A stretch of 64,000 nt of DNA from Candidatus Undinarchaeota archaeon (GCA_964636545.1 CAZWSR010000004.1:1-64000); one strand, 5' to 3'. Positions 17,750-27,016 are shown, numbered from the stretch's first letter. The notes: generated by a model not told the origin, from the sequence alone. Made by a program: numbers and translations.

Positions 17750-19159
17750 ATGTCATTTAAGTCTATACTACAGTCACTACCAAGCGTTGCTAAGCCAAGC
17801 AAGACTCTCGGTTTTAAAGATAAAATTAAATGGACTACAATAACACTTGTTACATTTTTTATTCTTGGAGAAATTGCACTTTTTGGAATTGAAAGCGGCG
17901 CAACTGGTGATATTTTTGGTGAATTACGAGTCATTATGGCTAGTAAGTTTGGTACCATCATAACTCTTGGAATTGGTCCAATTGTTATGGCATCCATTAT
18001 CTTGCAGTTACTTTCTGGAGCTGGCGTATTCAAATTTGATATGTCTACACCGGATGGAAAAGCAACTTATCAAGGTGCTCAGAAACTTCTTGCAATTGCG
18101 TTCACAATATTTGAGGGTGGAATTCTTGTAATATCTGGACAAATAGCGCCCTCGTCAGCATTTGTCAGTTCTGCGGGAGCACTCATTGCGAATTTAGTAA
18201 TAATGCTCCAGATACTAACCGGAGGTATTATTCTATTATATTTAGATGAAATTGTTTCAAAGTGGGGTTTTGGTTCAGGAATCGGGCTCTTTATTGCATC
18301 TGGTGTTTCTTATGAAATTATATTAAGGGCAGTTGATCCAATGCGTTTGGGTGTTGGACAACCAATTAATGGTGCAATTCCCGCATTTATTTCCTCATTT
18401 GCTAGCGGTTCTATTCAATTTTTAAGACAATATCCAAATGATATGTTGGCCCTGTTTGCTACAATTTTGGTATTTATGGTAACTATGTATGCTCAAAGTA
18501 TCAAAGTTGAAGTGCCGATTTCATATGGTCGAGTCAGAGGTTTATCAAGACGCTATCCACTTCCATTAATTTATGCTTCAAATATGCCAGTTATTTTCAT
18601 TGCAGCATTGCTTGCAAACTTCAGGTTCTGGGTTGCGATTTTGCAAAAAATGGGCATTAAATTCTTCGGATACTTTGATCCTAGTGGAGGTGCACATGGT
18701 GCAATTTCATATATTTTACCATACAACCGCTTTGTCAAAGATATTTTCTTCCAAGCAGTTGGTGGCCGTGAGCTATTGCATGCAGGCGTTTATATCACTG
18801 TGATGATTTTCGGTTCAATTTTATTCTCAAAACTCTGGGTTTCTGTATCTGGAATGACTTCAAAAGATTTGTCGCAAAAACTTGTGAATTCAGGAATGCA
18901 AATACCCGGTTTCAGAAGCGACACTAGAGTTATTGAAAAAGTACTTCAAAGATATGTTCCTTATTTGACTGTTCTTGGTGGAGCATTTGTTGGTTTGCTG
19001 GCTGCAGGAGCTGAAATGACAGGCGCTCTTGGTGGTGGTACAGGTGTACTGCTTACTGTCGGTATTATCTATCAGCTTTATCAACAAATTGCATCTGAAC
19101 AGCTTATGGAAATGCATCCAGCAATAAGGAGCTTTATGGGAGAAGGGGGAATAATATAA
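17750..19159 (+). CDS. secY: Preprotein translocase SecY
   Basis: LGIGPIV.ASIILQLL, SKWG.GSG, Y.SNMPVI, GTG.LL.V.I. Confidence 0.98.
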   Translation: MSFKSILQSLPSVAKPSKTLGFKDKIKWTTITLVTFFILGEIALFGIESGATGDIFGELRVIMASKFGTIITLGIGPIVMASIILQLLSGAGVFKFDMSTPDGKATYQGAQKLLAIAFTIFEGGILVISGQIAPSSAFVSSAGALIANLVIMLQILTGGIILLYLDEIVSKWGFGSGIGLFIASGVSYEIILRAVDPMRLGVGQPINGAIPAFISSFASGSIQFLRQYPNDMLALFATILVFMVTMYAQSIKVEVPISYGRVRGLSRRYPLPLIYASNMPVIFIAALLANFRFWVAILQKMGIKFFGYFDPSGGAHGAISYILPYNRFVKDIFFQAVGGRELLHAGVYITVMIFGSILFSKLWVSVSGMTSKDLSQKLVNSGMQIPGFRSDTRVIEKVLQRYVPYLTVLGGAFVGLLAAGAEMTGALGGGTGVLLTVGIIYQLYQQIASEQLMEMHPAIRSFMGEGGII

Positions 19160-19614
19160 TGGGACTATTAGCACATCCAATTTTGTTTATAACCATAGTT
19201 TCAGTGGTTCTTTCACTGATTCTAACACTTGTTAACAAGGTAATTGTTGACCAGGGCCGCATGAAAGAGATTCAGAAAAAAGTTTCTGGTTTTAATAAAG
19301 AAATTATGCGCGCTACTAAAGCAAAAGACACAGCAAAAGTTGCTGAATTAAACAAGGACAAGCCGCAGATTATGCAAATGCAACAGGAAATGATGAAAAT
19401 GCAGATGCCAATGTTCATGTCAATGGTTCCGTTTATTCTTGTGTTTATGGGTTTGAAAAGACTTGCAGTTTCAATGGACTGGGGTGTAATAATTCAATTA
19501 CCATTTAATTTACCGATTTTAGGAATAAATAATTCATTTACTTGGCTTGGCTGGTACATACTTTGTTCTTTACCTTTCACTGCATTGTTTAGGAAAGTTT
19601 TAGGCGTCCGATGA
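19159..19614 (+). CDS. EMC3/TMCO1 (DUF106) family membrane insertase
   Basis: TM-coiled coil-TM, WLGWYILCS; follows secY. Confidence 0.92.
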   Translation: MGLLAHPILFITIVSVVLSLILTLVNKVIVDQGRMKEIQKKVSGFNKEIMRATKAKDTAKVAELNKDKPQIMQMQQEMMKMQMPMFMSMVPFILVFMGLKRLAVSMDWGVIIQLPFNLPILGINNSFTWLGWYILCSLPFTALFRKVLGVR

Positions 19615-20219
19615 ATGAAGATTTCGTAGTAACTATTGGTGGACTGCACGGTTCTGGTAAAAGCACTATTGCAAAAGCAATTGCTGAGCATTATGGAATG
19701 ACTCGATTTTCACCAGGAAAAGTTTTTAGGACTATAGCTAAGGAGAAAGGCATTCCTGTGCTTGAACTTAATAAAAATGCTCAAAAAGAAGTTGATTTGG
19801 AAGTAGATAGACAAAGCAAGGAAGCAGGTTTGAAAGGTAATGTAGTGATTGAAGGAGATCTTGCTGCTTGGGTTAATAAAGAAGTTCCAAATAAAACCGT
19901 AATCCGGATTTGGTTTAGTGCAAGTGCAGAAGCACGCGGAGAACGAATTTTTAATGATGAAAAAAGCAGAATTAGTGAAAAATATCCAACAATTGCTGAA
20001 GCAACTTCAAGTGTTACTGAAAGAGATACTGCTGATAGGGCACGGTATATAAAATATTATGAAATTGATTGGACTCCAGATACAGATGAAAAAACAGAAA
20101 TAAATCATATTGAATATGATAAAGTTATTGATACTAGTAATTTAGATATTGAAGCAGTTAAAAAAGAAGTTTTTGAGTTTTTGGAAAGTAAAGGATTGAA
20201 ACCAGCAGAAACTATTTAA
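19611..20219 (+). CDS. cmk: Cytidylate kinase
   Basis: P-loop GLHGSGKST, D..RY..YY.ID; synteny. Confidence 0.9.
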   Translation: MNEDFVVTIGGLHGSGKSTIAKAIAEHYGMTRFSPGKVFRTIAKEKGIPVLELNKNAQKEVDLEVDRQSKEAGLKGNVVIEGDLAAWVNKEVPNKTVIRIWFSASAEARGERIFNDEKSRISEKYPTIAEATSSVTERDTADRARYIKYYEIDWTPDTDEKTEINHIEYDKVIDTSNLDIEAVKKEVFEFLESKGLKPAETI

Positions 20220-20243
20220 CCACGCAAACCGCTCTTTTTGTTT

Positions 20244-21233
20244 ATGGGACATCTCCCTTTTGAGAAAAATAGAACAATTATCACTCGGTTTGAAGAAAAG
20301 ACTGACCCTAAATATGGTTGTATGCCTCATAAACAATCAATAAAAGATCTTTTGCAAGGTGGAGTTGTGAATATTGACAAGCCACCTGGGCCAACAACAA
20401 CTCAAGTTTCTGAATATGTTAAAAATATCTTAGGTGCTAGAACTGCGGGTCACACTGGCACTTTAGACCCAAATGTGACAGGATGCGCTGTAATTGCCAT
20501 CAATAACGCCACAAAAGTGACTTCTGCACTACTTCCTGCTGGAAAAGAGTACATTACTCTCATGCATTTGCATGAAAAAATTGATCAAAAAGAGCTTATG
20601 AAGGTGTTCAAGGAATTTACAGGAAAAATTTATCAAAGGCCTCCTGTGAAGTCAGCTGTTAAGCGGGATTTGCGAATGAGAACAGTTTATTATATTGAAT
20701 TAATTGAGTTAAAGAATAAAGATGTTTTATTCAAAATTGGTTGCCAAGCGGGCACATATATCCGCAGAATTTGTTATGATATTGGAGCTGTTCTTGGTTG
20801 CGGAGCGCATATGCAACAACTTAAGAGAAGTAAAACAGCTGCATTTGATATTGGAGATAGTGTGACTTTGCAAAAGTTATCTGATGCTTATTATTTTTAC
20901 AAAGAAAAAAAAGATGAGAAAAGATTAAGAAAATATTTATTGCCAAAAGAAGCAGCACTTTCACATTTGCCAAAGATTTTTGTTTCAGATACTTGTGTTG
21001 ATGCAATTTGTCATGGGGCTCAGTTAGCACTTCCAGGGATTGCTAGATTTGATTCAGGAATTTCTGAAAATGAATTAGTTGCTGTTTATACTTTGAAAGG
21101 AGAAGCAGTGCTTCTTGCTCGCGCTTTAATGACTTCAGAAGAAATGACTAAAAGGAAGAAAGGACTGGTCACAAAAACTGAACGGGTTTTGATGAAGACG
21201 GGGGTTTATCCAAAAAATGAAAGAAAAGATTGA
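20244..21233 (+). CDS. cbf5: H/ACA pseudouridine synthase Cbf5/TruB
   Basis: DKP.GP, GH.GTLDP, QRPP..SAVKR, GTYIR, PUA domain. Confidence 0.97.
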   Translation: MGHLPFEKNRTIITRFEEKTDPKYGCMPHKQSIKDLLQGGVVNIDKPPGPTTTQVSEYVKNILGARTAGHTGTLDPNVTGCAVIAINNATKVTSALLPAGKEYITLMHLHEKIDQKELMKVFKEFTGKIYQRPPVKSAVKRDLRMRTVYYIELIELKNKDVLFKIGCQAGTYIRRICYDIGAVLGCGAHMQQLKRSKTAAFDIGDSVTLQKLSDAYYFYKEKKDEKRLRKYLLPKEAALSHLPKIFVSDTCVDAICHGAQLALPGIARFDSGISENELVAVYTLKGEAVLLARALMTSEEMTKRKKGLVTKTERVLMKTGVYPKNERKD

Positions 21234-21873
21234 AACAGAAATACCTCAAGAGCATTACTTTAATGAAACAACTGAAATCCCATTGCAATTAGGGCTACTT
21301 AGTGGTTTAATTAAAGAAGTCATGTTTGAATTTTACACTTCTCCACCTGTTTTTTCATGGAAATCTTTTGATAAAGGTAGTGTAGTGCTTGCTGAGAAAA
21401 TGAAAATACGTCCTACTGATAAAAAATTACTAGATCTTGGTTGCGGTTATGGCATGATCGGAATTGTTGCTGCTGTTTTGAATCCAACTTTGCATGTAAC
21501 TATGGTTGATAAAAGCAATAGAGCAATTTTGCTTGCATTAAAAAATATTCAAAAATATCGATTGAAAAAACAAGCTGAAGTAGTTCAAGGTGATTTGTAT
21601 GAGAACTTGAAGTTCGTGAACAATAAGCAAAAAGAAGTTTTAAGGAAATTTGATGTAATAGTTTGCAATCCACCGTATTCTGCTGGAAAAGAAGTTGTAA
21701 ATAAAATAATTGAGCAAGCTCCAAATTATTTAAGTGCAAATGGAAACTTACAAATTGTTGGTAGAAAATCAAAAGGTGGAGAAATGTACAAGCAAAAAAT
21801 GATTGAAGTTTTCGGGAACTGTGAGGAGTTTGGAATTGAGAGTGGGTTTAGGATTTACATGAGTAAAGTATAA
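21217..21873 (+). CDS. RsmC-like SAM-dependent methyltransferase
   Basis: HYF, VFS...D.GS, LDLGCGYG, NPPY. Confidence 0.88.
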   Translation: MKEKIETEIPQEHYFNETTEIPLQLGLLSGLIKEVMFEFYTSPPVFSWKSFDKGSVVLAEKMKIRPTDKKLLDLGCGYGMIGIVAAVLNPTLHVTMVDKSNRAILLALKNIQKYRLKKQAEVVQGDLYENLKFVNNKQKEVLRKFDVIVCNPPYSAGKEVVNKIIEQAPNYLSANGNLQIVGRKSKGGEMYKQKMIEVFGNCEEFGIESGFRIYMSKV

Positions 21874-21984
21874 AAAATATTGGCTTCGTTTTGCGAGCCC
21901 AACTCTTTTGCCATGAAAAATTTATTAAAAATAATATGAAGCGAGTTTTCCTGCCCGAGACAAGCCCGAACAGGCCTCGCAAAG

Positions 21985-22068
21985 CGCGGGGAGCCGGATT
22001 TGAACCAGCATATCCGTAAGGAAACTACCTTTCCAGGGTAGCGCAGTACCAGATTGTGCCACCCCCGC
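21985..22068 (-). tRNA. tRNA-Ser(GGA)
   Basis: Anticodon arm CTACC-CTGGAAA-GGTAG; long variable arm; G discriminator. Confidence 0.95.
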
Positions 22069-22108
22069 ATAGCAATTATTAGAATCTTATGATGTTTAAA
22101 AGCTTTAT

Positions 22109-22258
22109 CTAATGACCGCCAGTAGCTCCGACACTCTCAGCACCGCCGAAATTGCCAAAAATACCAAGCAAAATAAGGCCAATAACAACTATTACTGCAA
22201 TTATAATAACATACTCAACCCATCCTTGGCCTTTTTTTGGAAGCAAGAATTGAAACAT
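22109..22258 (-). CDS. Small class III signal peptide (type IV pilin-like) protein
   Basis: KKG|QGWVEYVIIIAVIVVI: Gly cleavage site, Glu at +5, hydrophobic stretch. Confidence 0.8.
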   Translation of the reverse strand: MFQFLLPKKGQGWVEYVIIIAVIVVIGLILLGIFGNFGGAESVGATGGH

Positions 22259-22337
22259 AAATACAAAGAGGTTTGGATGGTTTATAAAGATTCCCACCAA
22301 TTTCTTTAAATACCATTACTTCATATCACTTTTTATT

Positions 22338-23759
22338 ATGAGAGGATGGCTACCATTAATAACAATTATCTTTTTTGCTGTATTAGCTGCAGGAGTTGCT
22401 GCTGATGACACCGCCCCAACAATAGAACTAAATTCCCCTTTGGATGACAGTAGTTTCTTTTTTGGAAATATCGATTTCAAATACACCCCAGATGATGCAG
22501 CAGGAGTCTACAGGTGCACACTTTTCATAAATGAAACACTAGCTCGAACTTCATCTGAAATTTCAAATGATGCTGAAAATACATTCACACATAACATGCT
22601 TGATGGAATTTATGATTGGTCAATTTATTGTGAAGATCCAGATGGGAACAATCACACAACAACAAATCGCACATTGAAAATCTTTTCAGATACCCAAGTG
22701 CCAAATGTGACAGTACAAACTTTTCTGGAAACTGAAAAGAAATCAAGTATTCAATTTAATTACACTGTTGTTGAAAATGGTTCTGGAATAGATAACTGTA
22801 AACTTTTTATTGATAATGCAGAAGTACAAACTAGCACCTCGGTAAATGATAATGAAACTCAACATTTTACTTATTCTGTTGATGAAGGAGATAGTAATTG
22901 GTATGTGAAATGCACTGATGAACACGGCAATTACCAAGATTCTGGAACGTCACAAGTTACTGTAATGCTACCTCCAAAAGTTGTATTACTTTCTCCGGAA
23001 AATAATCATGAAACAGATGCATCTACATTAATCTTTAAATATATCCCAACTTCAACAAGAAATATTGCACGCTGTGACCTGCTTTTCAATAATGTAACTA
23101 ACAAATCGATATTTGTTATAGATAATGGCGTTGAACAAAGTTTCGAAATTACGCGCATTCCAACAAGAGTTATTGATTGGACTGTTGAGTGTAAAGACTC
23201 AGAAGACTTGCTTGGAAGAGCTGATGAGCGCGCACTGATAGTTACAACAACAGATATTCTTGAAAGCGAAGCCCCAGGAGTTCTTCTTGTTCACCCAGTA
23301 GACATTAGTGTTGTAAACGGCTCTAAGTTCTCATTTAAAGCAACATCAGAATTAGTTGACATATCAATTTGTGAATTATATATTGATGATCTCTGGAATG
23401 CAACAGATGCCGAAGTGGAAAGTGGAGTGCAACAAGACTTTGACTTTACTGTTTTTGAGTTAGGTGAATATATCTGGCAAGTTACTTGTATGAATGAGCG
23501 CGGCCAAACTACTGTTTCAGATAATGCAACTTTCATAATTGTTGATGAATTACCAGATGATATTGATGGTGTAAATCCGAAAATAGATGAAGATATTGAT
23601 GATGAAACAATTGCAGAATTAACTGGAAGAAGTAAGCTTAAAGGTGCAATAAAAATGATGTTCTACCTATTGGTTCCGCTTTTGATTGTGGTATGGTTAG
23701 TAAAACGGCAAATGCGTGATCCTTATGGAGCAACCGGGCAATATTCTAGGCGAGGATAA
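22338..23759 (+). CDS. Cell-surface protein with about 4 Ig-like repeats and C-terminal TM anchor
   Basis: Signal peptide; repeated P...L.SP / C.L.I / Y.W...C.D units; C-terminal TM. Confidence 0.85.
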   Translation: MRGWLPLITIIFFAVLAAGVAADDTAPTIELNSPLDDSSFFFGNIDFKYTPDDAAGVYRCTLFINETLARTSSEISNDAENTFTHNMLDGIYDWSIYCEDPDGNNHTTTNRTLKIFSDTQVPNVTVQTFLETEKKSSIQFNYTVVENGSGIDNCKLFIDNAEVQTSTSVNDNETQHFTYSVDEGDSNWYVKCTDEHGNYQDSGTSQVTVMLPPKVVLLSPENNHETDASTLIFKYIPTSTRNIARCDLLFNNVTNKSIFVIDNGVEQSFEITRIPTRVIDWTVECKDSEDLLGRADERALIVTTTDILESEAPGVLLVHPVDISVVNGSKFSFKATSELVDISICELYIDDLWNATDAEVESGVQQDFDFTVFELGEYIWQVTCMNERGQTTVSDNATFIIVDELPDDIDGVNPKIDEDIDDETIAELTGRSKLKGAIKMMFYLLVPLLIVVWLVKRQMRDPYGATGQYSRRG

Positions 23760-24510
23760 GTACAAGTATTCCAAGCGCCCAGCAATAATATGCGAAATAA
23801 TGGAATTTTTGTTTCTTGATAACAAGGTTAATCAATAGTTTTAATGAGAAATAACCAACAACAAGCGCAGTCAAGAACCCAGCAATATATGGGGTGCTAA
23901 TTAGCTCTGCAGTAACATTTCCAATATTCAAAAGAATTGCTCCAACAAATGCTGGAATTGCTATTAAAAATGAAAATCGTACTGCATCTTCTCTTGAAAC
24001 ACCTTGCAAAGTTGCTGTACTAATTGTTGAACCACTTCTAGATATGCCTGGAAACAGTGCAAGTGCTTGAGAAATTCCAATTATAATTGAATTAAATATC
24101 CCAACTTTGGCTGTAATTTTTCTCCAATTTGAAAAGAACAATAAAGTTCCAGTGAACAAGAACGCAATTCCAATGAAAATCATATTTGTAAAGATTGCTT
24201 CAGCGTATGTTCTAAAGAAATAACCAACTAACAGAACTGGGATATTTGCAAGTATTATGTAAAGTCCCCATTTGAATTCCTTGCTCTTTATATCCCATTT
24301 AACAATTGCACGCAGTATTGCGATTATATCTTTTGAAAAAACACCAAGTATAACAATTAATGTTGCAATATGAACTAAAAGATCAAACATTATTGGAGCT
24401 CCAAGTCCAAAGAATTTTTGAGTAATTGCTAAATGGCCTGAACTAGACACCGGTAGCCACTCAGTAATACCTTGAATCACGCCCAACAGAATGCCCTGTA
24501 GTAAATTCAT
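23746..24510 (-). CDS. uppP: Undecaprenyl-diphosphate phosphatase (BacA)
   Basis: QG.TEWLPVSSSGHL, PGISRSG.T, FSFL. Confidence 0.95.
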   Translation of the reverse strand: MNLLQGILLGVIQGITEWLPVSSSGHLAITQKFFGLGAPIMFDLLVHIATLIVILGVFSKDIIAILRAIVKWDIKSKEFKWGLYIILANIPVLLVGYFFRTYAEAIFTNMIFIGIAFLFTGTLLFFSNWRKITAKVGIFNSIIIGISQALALFPGISRSGSTISTATLQGVSREDAVRFSFLIAIPAFVGAILLNIGNVTAELISTPYIAGFLTALVVGYFSLKLLINLVIKKQKFHYFAYYCWALGILVLILA

Positions 24511-24559
24511 GATTTCAGTTTAATAACCTTTAAATAAATACTTTTGGTACCCTTGTACT

Positions 24560-24781
24560 ATGACAAAAAAGCAGGAATTTGAACAATGGTTGCCTGCAAT
24601 TGGAATCGGGCTCTTAGGAGGTGCAACTCTATTTTTTGTTAACATCCTCTTAGCCAAGTTCGTATTCAAGAATCCAGTAGATGTCCAACAAATTCTGTTG
24701 ACTGCTTTCGTTTTTGCAGTGGTTTTTACAATAGTCTCATATCAGTGGGATAAAAAGAAAGTTCAAAAACCTAAGAATTGA
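24560..24781 (+). CDS. Small two-TM membrane protein
   Basis: Two hydrophobic helices in 73 aa. Confidence 0.7.
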   Translation: MTKKQEFEQWLPAIGIGLLGGATLFFVNILLAKFVFKNPVDVQQILLTAFVFAVVFTIVSYQWDKKKVQKPKN

Positions 24782-24797
24782 GGGAGTAAAAAAGATT

Positions 24798-24947
24798 ATG
24801 GTAAAAATAAGATGTCCTGACTGTAAGGAAATTATAGAACCTGAACAAAAAGATGGCAAGAATATTTGTCCTAAATGTAATGCTGTGATTTATGGTGAAT
24901 TGCGACCATCGCCGTGTTCAATGTGTAGTGCTTGTGATGGTTGTTAA
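24798..24947 (+). CDS. Cys-rich microprotein (Zn ribbon plus CxxCxxCxxC), not in the ORF track
   Basis: MVKIRCPDCKEIIEPEQKDGKNICPKCNAVIYGELRPSPCSMCSACDGC; GGGAG upstream. Confidence 0.8.
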   Translation: MVKIRCPDCKEIIEPEQKDGKNICPKCNAVIYGELRPSPCSMCSACDGC

Positions 24948-25032
24948 TAGGGGTTTAATTTATATACTACTTTAATCTACCAACCAGCCTCATTATGGGA
25001 TTGGTTTTCAATAATGGGGAGGAGAATAAAAA

Positions 25033-25395
25033 ATGACAGATGATCAAGAAACTAATGTAGAAGAACAAGCACCTGCAGAAGAAACTACTGAAGCGCCTGC
25101 AGAAGAGACAACTGAGGAAACCTCAGAAGAAACTCCAGCTGAAGAAACAAGTGAAGAGTCAGACGACAATCCTGATGATGACACTGAAGAAGCAAAAGAT
25201 GAGGAAGAAATTGCTAAAGAAGAGTCAACAGAAGAATCATCTGAAGAATCCACAGAAGCCCCAGCTGAAGAGAAATCTGAAGAATCCACAGACGCTCCAG
25301 CAGAAACTGAAGAAGCACCTGCAGAGGAAGCACCAGCAGAAGAATCCACAGAGGAAACTTCTGAAGAAGCACCAGCAGAAGAAACTTCAGAGTAA
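25033..25395 (+). CDS. Highly acidic low-complexity protein (EAPAEE repeats)
   Basis: GGAGG SD; 120 aa, E/T/A/S/P-rich. Confidence 0.8.
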   Translation: MTDDQETNVEEQAPAEETTEAPAEETTEETSEETPAEETSEESDDNPDDDTEEAKDEEEIAKEESTEESSEESTEAPAEEKSEESTDAPAETEEAPAEEAPAEESTEETSEEAPAEETSE

Positions 25396-25524
25396 ATGAC
25401 TGCAACTTGTTCAAAGTGTGGCGAAGTAATGCCAACATGGCCTACTGATGGAAAGTGCACAAAATGCGAGGCTGTTCTTAATAAAGAACAAACTTGCTGT
25501 GGTTGCACTGGATGCCACGCATAA
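25396..25524 (+). CDS. Cys-rich microprotein (Zn ribbon plus CCxCxxC), not in the ORF track
   Basis: MTATCSKCGEVMPTWPTDGKCTKCEAVLNKEQTCCGCTGCHA; ATG directly follows the upstream TAA. Confidence 0.8.
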   Translation: MTATCSKCGEVMPTWPTDGKCTKCEAVLNKEQTCCGCTGCHA

Positions 25525-25608
25525 ATTAATCAAAAACCTACGGGGTAAAATCCGTGGGTAAATTTATTTTTTAGAAATTAATTTAGTTAGATAATTTAAT
25601 TGTTTTAA

Positions 25609-25683
25609 ATGTTGAACCGAAGGTTCATGTTGAACCGAAGGTTCATGTTGAACCGAAGGTTCATGTTGAACTGAAAGTTCAAC
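25609..25683. repeat. Four tandem 18-bp units, each a GAA-loop hairpin
   Basis: ATGTTGAACCGAAGGTTC x3 plus ATGTTGAACTGAAAGTTC. Confidence 0.92.
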
Positions 25684-25765
25684 TTCTGTCTGGTAAACAA
25701 ATTGTACTGTCCAGACAGTGACTTTTGTTTGGTAACCAATTTGTATGCCCAAACAATTAATTAAT

Positions 25766-26242
25766 TTATTCAGAAGGTTTTGCTTCTATTTCAGGAGTTG
25801 GGGCTTCTGGCTTAGGTGCTTCTGCGATTTTCTTTGGTTCAGGAGTCTTAGGAACTTCATCATTTCCAACTAATATAGCATTAATTGTTCCAGTTTGTCC
25901 AGGTCTGCTAACCACCTTTGCTAAACCAGCACTTGTATCAACAATAGCGCCCTTTGTTATGGTGTTTCTTCGCACAAAGTGGGGGTTTGATGGGTTTTCC
26001 TTAACAGTTTTGATCTCTGCTTTTTGGTATTTTCCTGTTTTTTTATCTAGAACATTAGCTTCTTTAACTAAAAGAGCACGAGTTTTTGTAGTTGCTCCTC
26101 GACCACGCATAGTTTTGGTTTTCTTGTCGCCGATCGTAACTTCAAGTAGAGTATGGCCTAGCTGTGCTAATCTTTTACCTTTTAGATGATGGTACTTGCC
26201 ACCAGTTGATTTTCTCTTTGAATAAGCTTGTAGTTTTGCCAT
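25766..26242 (-). CDS. rps8e: 30S ribosomal protein eS8 with Pro/Glu-rich tail
   Basis: SKRK.TGG, NP.N..F.RRN.ITKGA, SRPGQ.G. Confidence 0.97.
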   Translation of the reverse strand: MAKLQAYSKRKSTGGKYHHLKGKRLAQLGHTLLEVTIGDKKTKTMRGRGATTKTRALLVKEANVLDKKTGKYQKAEIKTVKENPSNPHFVRRNTITKGAIVDTSAGLAKVVSRPGQTGTINAILVGNDEVPKTPEPKKIAEAPKPEAPTPEIEAKPSE

Positions 26243-26306
26243 GAGTATCAATTTACACAGAGTTTACAATATATAAAGTTAATGGTGGGTTTTGAAATGT
26301 TAATAG

Positions 26307-26380
26307 TGGGCCCGAAGGGATTTGAACCCTCAACCTAGTGATTAAGAGTCACTCGCTCTACCAGCTTGAGCCACGGGCCC
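26307..26380 (-). tRNA. tRNA-Lys(CTT)
   Basis: Anticodon arm AGTGA-CTCTTAA-TCACT. Confidence 0.96.
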
Positions 26381-26434
26381 TATATTGACTAACAGATTTT
26401 AACTTTTAAAAACTTAACGCCCATTGAAGGGCAA

Positions 26435-26656
26435 TCACTTCTTTACTGCCTTTTTAACATTTCGAATATCACGAGCCATAATTTTCCTCATTTTAACTGC
26501 TCTGCCTTGTCCAGTTCGTCTTTTTGCACTGTTTCCAAAGCCACAGCTAGAACAAATTTTCTTGCTTTTATGATATGCTAATTCGCCGCATCTACGACAC
26601 TTGATATGGGTTTTGCCCTTATTATGTCGTCCACGGCTTGGAGTTCCCTTACTCAT
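26435..26656 (-). CDS. rpl37e: 50S ribosomal protein eL37
   Basis: KGTPS.G, HI.CRRCG..AYH, C..CGFG. Confidence 0.97.
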   Translation of the reverse strand: MSKGTPSRGRHNKGKTHIKCRRCGELAYHKSKKICSSCGFGNSAKRRTGQGRAVKMRKIMARDIRNVKKAVKK

Positions 26657-26662
26657 TTTTCC

Positions 26663-26721
26663 TCGTTATTTGTTTTTAGTTGTTCGTTTTTCGTAAACCA
26701 AAAACGAATAACCAACAACGA
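26663..26721. repeat. Heptad imperfect palindrome, family 1 (tNgttNt/aNaacNa)
   Basis: tcgttat ttgtttt tagttgt tcgtttt tcgt-aa-acca aaaacga ataacca acaacga. Confidence 0.85.
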
Positions 26722-26722
26722 A

Positions 26723-26914
26723 TTACTCTTTAAATGTAATGAACAAAATATTATCGCCACGCACCAACATAGTTTCTTCTTTTTCAATGATTAAGTTCAT
26801 ATGTGCGTCAAATGCTTTCAATATTCCAGTTATGTCTTTACCTTCTTTTAATTGAATAACAATTTGTTTATCTATTGAGTTATTCAATGAATCAAAGGGT
26901 CTTTGTTCAGTCAT
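26723..26914 (-). CDS. Sm-like archaeal protein (Lsm/SmAP)
   Basis: RP.D.L, G.L..FD.HMNL, VRGDN; conserved linkage to rpl37e. Confidence 0.95.
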   Translation of the reverse strand: MTEQRPFDSLNNSIDKQIVIQLKEGKDITGILKAFDAHMNLIIEKEETMLVRGDNILFITFKE

Positions 26915-26965
26915 TGTGCGTTTCCTATTCAGTGAGTGCTATATAAAGTTTATCCTGTTGGTTAA

Positions 26966-27012
26966 GGTAGCAGCCCTCGGCTATCAGTTCCTGATGGCTG
27001 ACTGCTGACACC
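26966..27012. repeat. Heptad imperfect palindrome, family 2
   Basis: ggtagca gccctcg gctatca gttcc tgatggc tgactgc tgacacc; reverse complement closely matches 54073-54108. Confidence 0.8.
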
Positions 27013-27016
27013 TAGC

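Noticed and set aside
21855-22070. ORFs overlapping tRNAs (also 28679-28867 and the 5' part of 604-1197)
   Set aside because: Explained by the tRNA genes.
25609-25683. CRISPR array
   Set aside because: The 18-bp units are contiguous with no spacers, and no cas genes are in the window.
25564-25752. 62-aa ORF with VQHEPS repeats
   Set aside because: By-product of the 18-bp DNA repeat; TTG start, and the variation preserves the palindrome rather than the peptide.
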